From positions 1,536,001-1,600,000 of the forward strand of contig OZ240219.1 of NCBI GenBank assembly GCA_965197645.1: a stretch of 64,000 nt of DNA, in the 5' to 3' direction. Below are positions 56,004 to 64,000 of this stretch, piece by piece. This stretch comes from Dehalococcoidia bacterium (GTDB taxonomy: Bacteria > Chloroflexota > Dehalococcoidia > Plut-88900). A program made the position numbers and the translations under genes. The notes under the pieces are model-generated. The model saw only the letters and a program-made list of their open reading frames with translations, did no database searches and was not told the DNA's origin. Numbering within the stretch: the first letter of the stretch is position 1; each line of letters starts with the position of its first letter.

Positions 56004-57169
56004 GCGATCACGTTGGAAACGTAGCCCGTCTCGTTCAGCGCACCTTCCTTGAACCGGCCCATCCGGAAGGCTGAGATGTCCAGGCTGTGGGCCTTCCCAT
56101 CCAGCACCATCTCGGCCACCAGCACACCGACGAAGGGCGACTCCTTGAAGCCATGGCCGCTGAACCCCGTGCAGATGTATAACCCCTCAACGCCTTCGAC
56201 TTTATCGATTACCGGGTGGTTGTCCGGGGTCTCGGTGTAGAGGCCGCTGTAGCCAGTGAACAGCTCGGCTTCGGCAAGGAGAGGAATCCGCCGGTTGACC
56301 TTGGGCCACATCTCCTCCACGTAGTCCATTCCCACCGTCTGATCGAAGGTGTCCGGGTCCACCTGGTCGTGAACGTCCACGTCGCCAACGAGGGTGAGGT
56401 CCGGGCTTTCGGGCCGGAAGTAGACCAGGTTCACCAGGTCCCCTATGACGGGGTGGGTTGGCAGCTTGTCCATCGATCGTTTGAGGAAGAATACGGGGTG
56501 GCGGGTGGGCACAAGGGGCAGCTCGATATCCAGCTTGCTCAGCAGTCCCGGCGTCCAGGGGCCCGTTGCTATCACGGCGGTGTCCGTCTCGACTCTGCCC
56601 TGCCGGGTAACCACACCAGCGACCTTTCCGCCTGATATCTCTATGTCGAGGGCCGGGTTGTCGAGCACCAGCTCGGCGCCCAGATCCCGGGCCGCGGAGG
56701 CGTAGGCCTGGAGCACACCGGGTGGGTCGGCGTAGCCCGAGTTGGGCTCGTAGCAGACGGCCGCGGTATCATCGAGGTCCAGGTAGGGTGCCACCTCACG
56801 GACCTCCTCGTCCGTCAGCAGGCTGGTCTCGACACCGAGCCTCTGCTGCATAGCTACGTTACTTCGAAACGCTTCGGCCGTGTCCTCACCGGCGAAGAAC
56901 ATCACGCCGACCCTGGTAAGCCCTGGATCGCCTCCTACTATCTCGTCGAAATTCTCCAGGATCTTCAGGCTCTCGAACGCTATCCGGACATTCACCTCGC
57001 TGGTATAGTGCATTCGAACGATGCCCGAGGACCTGCCGGTAGAACCGGCGCCCAAGGCTGCCCGCTCCACCAGCACCGTTTCGGTGACCCCCCGTTTGGC
57101 GAGGTTGAAGAGGATGCTGGCTCCCATCACCCCACCGCCCAGGACCACTACGTCCGCGCTGCTTCTCAT
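56000..57169 (-). CDS. DAO-family FAD oxidoreductase (sarcosine oxidase beta-like)
   Basis: GGGVMG, GSTGRSSG, ATGPW, TPD..PVI, GFSGHGFK. Confidence 0.9.
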   Translation of the reverse strand: MRSSADVVVLGGGVMGASILFNLAKRGVTETVLVERAALGAGSTGRSSGIVRMHYTSEVNVRIAFESLKILENFDEIVGGDPGLTRVGVMFFAGEDTAEAFRSNVAMQQRLGVETSLLTDEEVREVAPYLDLDDTAAVCYEPNSGYADPPGVLQAYASAARDLGAELVLDNPALDIEISGGKVAGVVTRQGRVETDTAVIATGPWTPGLLSKLDIELPLVPTRHPVFFLKRSMDKLPTHPVIGDLVNLVYFRPESPDLTLVGDVDVHDQVDPDTFDQTVGMDYVEEMWPKVNRRIPLLAEAELFTGYSGLYTETPDNHPVIDKVEGVEGLYICTGFSGHGFKESPFVGVLVAEMVLDGKAHSLDISAFRMGRFKEGALNETGYVSNVIA

Positions 57170-57296
57170 ACGGTTTCCCTCAGTGACAGATATCGCATGG
57201 TATGAGCACTACTGCACGTTCGTCAAATCAGGGGCGCACACCCTCGGCTGTGATAAACTGACGTCATCTCAATTGGACCCATACACCAGGCAGGCT

Positions 57297-57833
57297 ATGC
57301 CCGAATCAACCTCAGAAGCTTCCGGACTGCGACTAGTCCTATCTCGAGAGCGGATCACCGAGATCATCGACCGGCTGGCGTCCGAGATCAGCGAAGATTA
57401 CCAGGACAAGAACCCGTTGCTGGTAACCGCTCTCAGGGGCGGCTTCGTGTTTGTCGCTGATCTGGTCAGAAGGCTGGAGATGCCGCTGGAGGTCGATTTC
57501 ATGACCGTGTCCAGCTACGGTTCCGGCACCGCTCCCCAGGGCCAGGTAACAGTGCATAGCGAGCCTCGCTCCCCGGTGGCTTCCAGGCATGTCCTGGTGG
57601 TGGAGGACATAGTGGACACGGGGCTGACCACCAACTTCCTGTTGAGGTATCTGGGGCGCCAGAACCCGGCTTCCCTCAAGCTGTGCGCCCTGCTGGACAA
57701 GGCGGAGAACAGGAAGGCGGCCGTGCGAATAGACTACCGAGGCATCGAGGTCCCCAACGTCTTCCTCGTCGGGTACGGCCTGGACCTGGACCAGAGATAC
57801 AGAAACCTCCCCGAAGTCTACGCCCTATCGTAG
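57297..57833 (+). CDS. hpt: Hypoxanthine phosphoribosyltransferase
   Basis: LRGGFVFVADL, VSSYG, VLVVEDIVDTGLT, LLDK, VGYGLD..YRNLP; start approximate. Confidence 0.93.
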   Translation: MPESTSEASGLRLVLSRERITEIIDRLASEISEDYQDKNPLLVTALRGGFVFVADLVRRLEMPLEVDFMTVSSYGSGTAPQGQVTVHSEPRSPVASRHVLVVEDIVDTGLTTNFLLRYLGRQNPASLKLCALLDKAENRKAAVRIDYRGIEVPNVFLVGYGLDLDQRYRNLPEVYALS

Positions 57834-57918
57834 CTGTGCCTTGCCAGTCCGGCCCTGGGATTGTAACCTGATCCAACGTTAATCAAACGAGTCCTGTCGA
57901 CGCGGTTAGGAGAGTCGG

Positions 57919-59886
57919 ATGGTCACCTCCCAGTTCACCCACCTGTTCAGCCCCTTCAAGCTCCGACACGTGACGTTGAAGAACCGGGTCGTTAGCACCC
58001 CTCACGCCACCAGCCTCGCCGAGGGGGGAATGCCGAAAATGAGATACACGGCCTACGTCGCTGAGAAGGCCAGGGGTGGATGCGGCCTCATCCTGACCTT
58101 CGGGTCTGCAGGTGTGCATCGCAGCTCCCCAGGCAGCGAGTGGGGCGAGGTCGACCTCTTCGACGACGAGGTCATCCCCCATCTTCAGACGATGGCCGAC
58201 GCCGTCCACCCACACGGAGCGAAGATCGTGTCCCAGATGACCCATCGCGGACACCGGGGCCGGTCCGCCATGCTCCCCGAGCAGCCGCTGCTTTCGGCTT
58301 CCCCGATGCCCGAGCGCAGCAACCGGGAGACTCCCCACGAGATAGAGATCGAACAGATCAAGGAGGTCCAGGAGGCCTACGCCCAGGCGGCGCTCAGGGT
58401 GAAGAAAGGCCGTTTCGATGGGGTGGAGATCCTCATCGGTTACCACCACCTCCCCGAGCAGTTCCTCTCTCCCTTCTCCAACAAACGCACTGATGAGTAC
58501 GGCGGCAGCTTGGAAAATCGCATGCGGTTCATTATCGAGGTCATTGACCAGGTCCGGGCCGCCGTAGGAGACGACTTCATAATCGGCGCCAGAGTGGGAG
58601 GAGACGAAAAGCTGCCCGGTGGCCTGGACCAGCAGGACCAGCTGGAGATCATCAAGCGTCTCGAGGCCACGGGCAAGCTGGACTACTTCAGCGTAATCGG
58701 AGGCACCACGGAAAACCCCATGTCCCAGACCGAGGCGGTGCCCCCCTACTGGTACAAGACCGGCCTCTGGCTCGATCTCGCCACCGAGATCAAGGCTAAT
58801 GTGGATACGCCTGTCATCGCCGCCGGTAGAATCGTCGATCCCCTCCAGGCCGAGTGGATCCTCGCCGAAGGCAATGCTGACCTGGTGGCCATGACCCGGG
58901 CCCAGATCGCCGATCCACAGCTGGTAACCAAGGCGATGGAGGGGAGGCTGGATGACATTCGGCCCTGCATAGGCAGCGTCCAGGGGTGCATCGGCCACGT
59001 GGGAGGCTACTGGGGGATCGGGTGCATACACAATCCGGCCATCGGCCGGGAGCAGGAGCTGGCACAAACGGAACCGGCTCCAAGCGGGAAGAAGGTGGTG
59101 GTTGTGGGAGGAGGACCCGCAGGCCTGGAGGCGGCTCGAGTGGCTGCGGAACGGGGCCACCGGGTGGTGCTGTTCGAAAAGAACGCCCATTTCGGCGGGC
59201 AGGTCCACGCCTACTCGATGGCGTCGGGTAGGGGGGACTTCGCCGCCATTCCCCTCTGGCTGGAGGAGCAGGTCAAGAAGCTCGGTGTCGATATCCGGTT
59301 GGGAATCGAAGCCGACCTGAGTTCAGTGCTGGCCGAAGCGCCGGACTCGGTCATCATAGCCACCGGCTCCGTGCCCCTCATGCCCGACGTGCCGGGTGCC
59401 GAGTCCGGACCCGTGGCCTTCATCGACGATGTCCTGACTCAGAAGGTGGACTGGGGGGACAAGGTACTAGTGCTTGACCAGGACGGACATCACCAGGGCC
59501 CCGCCGTCGCGGACCACCTGATCGACCAGGGCCGAGAGGTCGAAATAGTCAGCGATCTATATACCATCGGAGAGGACATAGACCACTTCAACAAGCCGAT
59601 AATCTACCAAAGGCTCTTCTCCAAGGGCGCTACCCTCACCCCCAACACCGCAATCAAGGAAATCAGGGAAGAGACGGTGGTGCTGAAGAACATCTACTCT
59701 GAAGAGGAGCGGGTGGTCGATGGCGTGTCCACCATCGTTTATGCGGGGCTGCGGCAGGCCCAGGACGGTCTGTACAAGCAGCTCAAGGGCCGGGTATCTG
59801 AGCTGTTCCTGGTAGGAGATGCTCAGGCGCCTCGAAAGATCCACGATGCCATCCTGACTGGCACCCGGGCAGGCCGAGCTATCTAG
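57919..59886 (+). CDS. FMN/Fe-S/FAD oxidoreductase (OYE-like, DgcA/trimethylamine dehydrogenase type)
   Basis: LKNRVVSTPH, QFLSP..NKRTDEYGGSLENRMRF, RAQIADP, RPCIG..GC...CIHNP, GGGPAGLEAA. Confidence 0.88.
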   Translation: MVTSQFTHLFSPFKLRHVTLKNRVVSTPHATSLAEGGMPKMRYTAYVAEKARGGCGLILTFGSAGVHRSSPGSEWGEVDLFDDEVIPHLQTMADAVHPHGAKIVSQMTHRGHRGRSAMLPEQPLLSASPMPERSNRETPHEIEIEQIKEVQEAYAQAALRVKKGRFDGVEILIGYHHLPEQFLSPFSNKRTDEYGGSLENRMRFIIEVIDQVRAAVGDDFIIGARVGGDEKLPGGLDQQDQLEIIKRLEATGKLDYFSVIGGTTENPMSQTEAVPPYWYKTGLWLDLATEIKANVDTPVIAAGRIVDPLQAEWILAEGNADLVAMTRAQIADPQLVTKAMEGRLDDIRPCIGSVQGCIGHVGGYWGIGCIHNPAIGREQELAQTEPAPSGKKVVVVGGGPAGLEAARVAAERGHRVVLFEKNAHFGGQVHAYSMASGRGDFAAIPLWLEEQVKKLGVDIRLGIEADLSSVLAEAPDSVIIATGSVPLMPDVPGAESGPVAFIDDVLTQKVDWGDKVLVLDQDGHHQGPAVADHLIDQGREVEIVSDLYTIGEDIDHFNKPIIYQRLFSKGATLTPNTAIKEIREETVVLKNIYSEEERVVDGVSTIVYAGLRQAQDGLYKQLKGRVSELFLVGDAQAPRKIHDAILTGTRAGRAI

Positions 59887-60254
59887 AGACCTTCGGCGTG
59901 GACCAACTCCGTGACGATGTAGGGGTGTCGGACATCACTCATCACCCCTTCTGACCGATTAGGACTCACTTCGCCAGCGGCTGTCACCCTAGGCTGGGAT
60001 CTCCCGCTCCTTCCACAGCTTCCGTACTGTCAGGTAGAGCGCCTGACAACTTGGTCTGCCGGGTTCATTCGATGGACCTGTTGTGTAGCGAATTGGAGGG
60101 GTCCCGCGGAGTAATCCGGCCCGCTCAATCGACATCGGAACCTGCCTTGTTGGGTAGCGGCTGGACGAGTACAGGGGGTTCCAAAAACGGGCGATTGAAG
60201 CTACAATAGGGCAGGCGCAACGCGGTTACGGAAGGTTGCGTCATACTCGTCTGA

Positions 60255-62411
<2,157 letters not shown>

Positions 62412-62508
62412 TCTCAGCGAGGTGCGCATACGGATCGACTCCTTTCCACGCGACGAGCTGGGGTGTAGCCGTAGCCCGTCAGGCATCAATCTGCACGAGG
62501 TATCGTAG

Positions 62509-63114
62509 ATGGCAACCAAGGTAGACCTTCAGCCCGTCAGGCTCGCCCGGTTTGTTGAACGGGTGGCGGACGTATCCAGGACCCAACCGGACCGAAGGAA
62601 GGCGATAGACCTCATCCACCCGCTGTTCGCCGAGACGCTCTCGGAGCCCGACTGGCTTGCAGAGGAGCACCAGATCCCGGTGCCTGGAAAGTTCGCCCAG
62701 TACCTGGTCTATCGGGAGGAGGACCGCTCTCTATCCGTGATGGCCATGGTAGTACCCACCGGGACCACCACCCCCGTTCACGACCATCTGGCCTGGGGTC
62801 TCGTCGGCGTGTACCAGGGCAGGCAGCAGGAGACGGTCTACCGGCGGACCGATGGGGCGGGAGATCCAGCGAAAGCCGTTTTGGTGGAGACGGAGCGAAA
62901 CGTCCTCAACGTGGGAGATATCACCCACCTGGTGCCTCCGGAAGGGGACATCCACAAGATAGAGACTATCAGCGAAGACCAGACTTCTATCTCTATTCAC
63001 ATCCTGGGAAACGATATCGGGTGCCAGTGGAGGCATGCCTTCGACGTTGAGAAGCAGGCCGCCTACGACTTTCGTTCAGGCTACGTCAACGCGCCCTGCC
63101 ATGATCAAGGCTAG
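62509..63114 (+). CDS. Cysteine dioxygenase-family (Gln-type thiol dioxygenase-like) protein
   Basis: TPVHDHLAWG, GDIH, SISIHI.G.DIG, FRSGY.N. Confidence 0.85.
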   Translation: MATKVDLQPVRLARFVERVADVSRTQPDRRKAIDLIHPLFAETLSEPDWLAEEHQIPVPGKFAQYLVYREEDRSLSVMAMVVPTGTTTPVHDHLAWGLVGVYQGRQQETVYRRTDGAGDPAKAVLVETERNVLNVGDITHLVPPEGDIHKIETISEDQTSISIHILGNDIGCQWRHAFDVEKQAAYDFRSGYVNAPCHDQG

Positions 63115-63144
63115 CCCAGCTCTCGAAACTCCCGGCAACGGTAA

Positions 63145-64000
63145 ATGACCCTAGCAGCCGTCGGCCACTCCCACAAGCTGGGCTTGGAAGAGGCCGCTAG
63201 AGAAGCGTCCTTCATGGTGATGGAGAGGCTCGGTTCGTCCGATGTCGACTTCCTTCTATCCTTCGCCACCTCCGAGTACGCCCATCACTCCCCTCGGCTC
63301 TTCGACGAGCTGAAACAGCATACCGGCACGTCGGAAATCGTCGGGTGCAGCGCTATGACCGTCATATCCGAGCAAGGAGAGTTCGAGGACCGGCCGGGAC
63401 TTGTGGTCCTGGCTCTGTCCTCCGACGAGCTCCAGTTCTCACCCTTCATCTTCCAGAACGGTCCTTCATTAGCGGCAGACATCAACGGCATGCTGGCCAA
63501 CACCGACGGCGAGAGCCGAACCTCGCTGCTTCTCCTCCTGACCGATATCTTCGGCGTCCGCCCGCCCCAGATCATAAAGGAGTTGCGGCCGGAAGGAGCC
63601 TTCGTACCCATCGTCGGCGGAGCGGCTTCCGGCCACCCAGAGGACGAGTCCACCGTCCAGTGGTACTCGGAGCGCCATACCAATCAGGGTGTGTCAGGCG
63701 CTCTCATCTCGGGCAATCTCCGGTACAGCACTCACGTATCCCCGGGCTGCGAACCCATAGGCGAACCCTTCATCATCACGGCGGCGGAGGGCAAGACCAT
63801 CAGAGAGATAGGTAACCGGCCCGCCTACTCCATGCTCCAGGATGCCTTGAGCATATTCCCTAACGAGGAGATAGAGCGGGTCTCCAAGGGCATCCTCGCC
63901 GGCCTACTGTTCGATGAGCGCAAGTACCCGCCCCGGAGAGGCGATTACCTTACCAGAAGCATAGAGAGCGTCGATCCCTCGTCAGGGACGGTGACCATCG
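63145..64000 (+). CDS. FIST signal-transduction domain protein, runs off the window end
   Basis: Manual translation MTLAAVGHSHK...DFLLSFATSEY...IVGCSAMTVI...PIVGGAASG...PGCEPIGE..IITAAEG..I.EI..RPA. Confidence 0.85.
   Translation, partial: MTLAAVGHSHKLGLEEAAREASFMVMERLGSSDVDFLLSFATSEYAHHSPRLFDELKQHTGTSEIVGCSAMTVISEQGEFEDRPGLVVLALSSDELQFSPFIFQNGPSLAADINGMLANTDGESRTSLLLLLTDIFGVRPPQIIKELRPEGAFVPIVGGAASGHPEDESTVQWYSERHTNQGVSGALISGNLRYSTHVSPGCEPIGEPFIITAAEGKTIREIGNRPAYSMLQDALSIFPNEEIERVSKGILAGLLFDERKYPPRRGDYLTRSIESVDPSSGTVTI

Noticed and set aside
1-59886. Mycofactocin biosynthetic locus
   Set aside because: GMC, Zn-ADH and OYE families can be mycofactocin-associated, but no MftA precursor, MftB or radical SAM MftC is present.
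63120-63141. Sixth repeat copy (CTCTCGAAACTCCCGGCAACGG)
   Set aside because: Only about 12 nt match the core; too short to distinguish from chance.

Overview
A 64-kb, GC-rich bacterial chromosomal segment. The gene content (many paralogous luciferase-like monooxygenases, DxH-type amidohydrolases, Zn-alcohol dehydrogenases, GMC oxidoreductases, CoA-transferase) suggests Chloroflexota/Dehalococcoidia (SAR202-like); this is an inference. Housekeeping genes are mnmE, hpt, add, katG, lutABC, oadGB and five tRNAs (Trp, Leu, Gly, Cys, Asp). The rest is mostly catabolic enzymes. I found no CRISPR array, rRNA, integrase or transposase. Most notable: (1) a five-copy, modular, CTAG-ended MITE/REP-like repeat family with nested mini-insertions; (2) a 7-gene guanidino/amide-catabolism run with a lipoprotein agmatine deiminase, a non-canonical ureohydrolase and three tandem amidohydrolases; (3) tRNA-Gly and tRNA-Cys joined with no spacer; (4) a probable ATA start codon for oadB; (5) several small ORFs missed by the ORF track; (6) a thiol-dioxygenase homologue lacking the conserved Tyr, between katG and a FIST-domain gene. 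All family assignments come from motif recognition by eye, without database searches.
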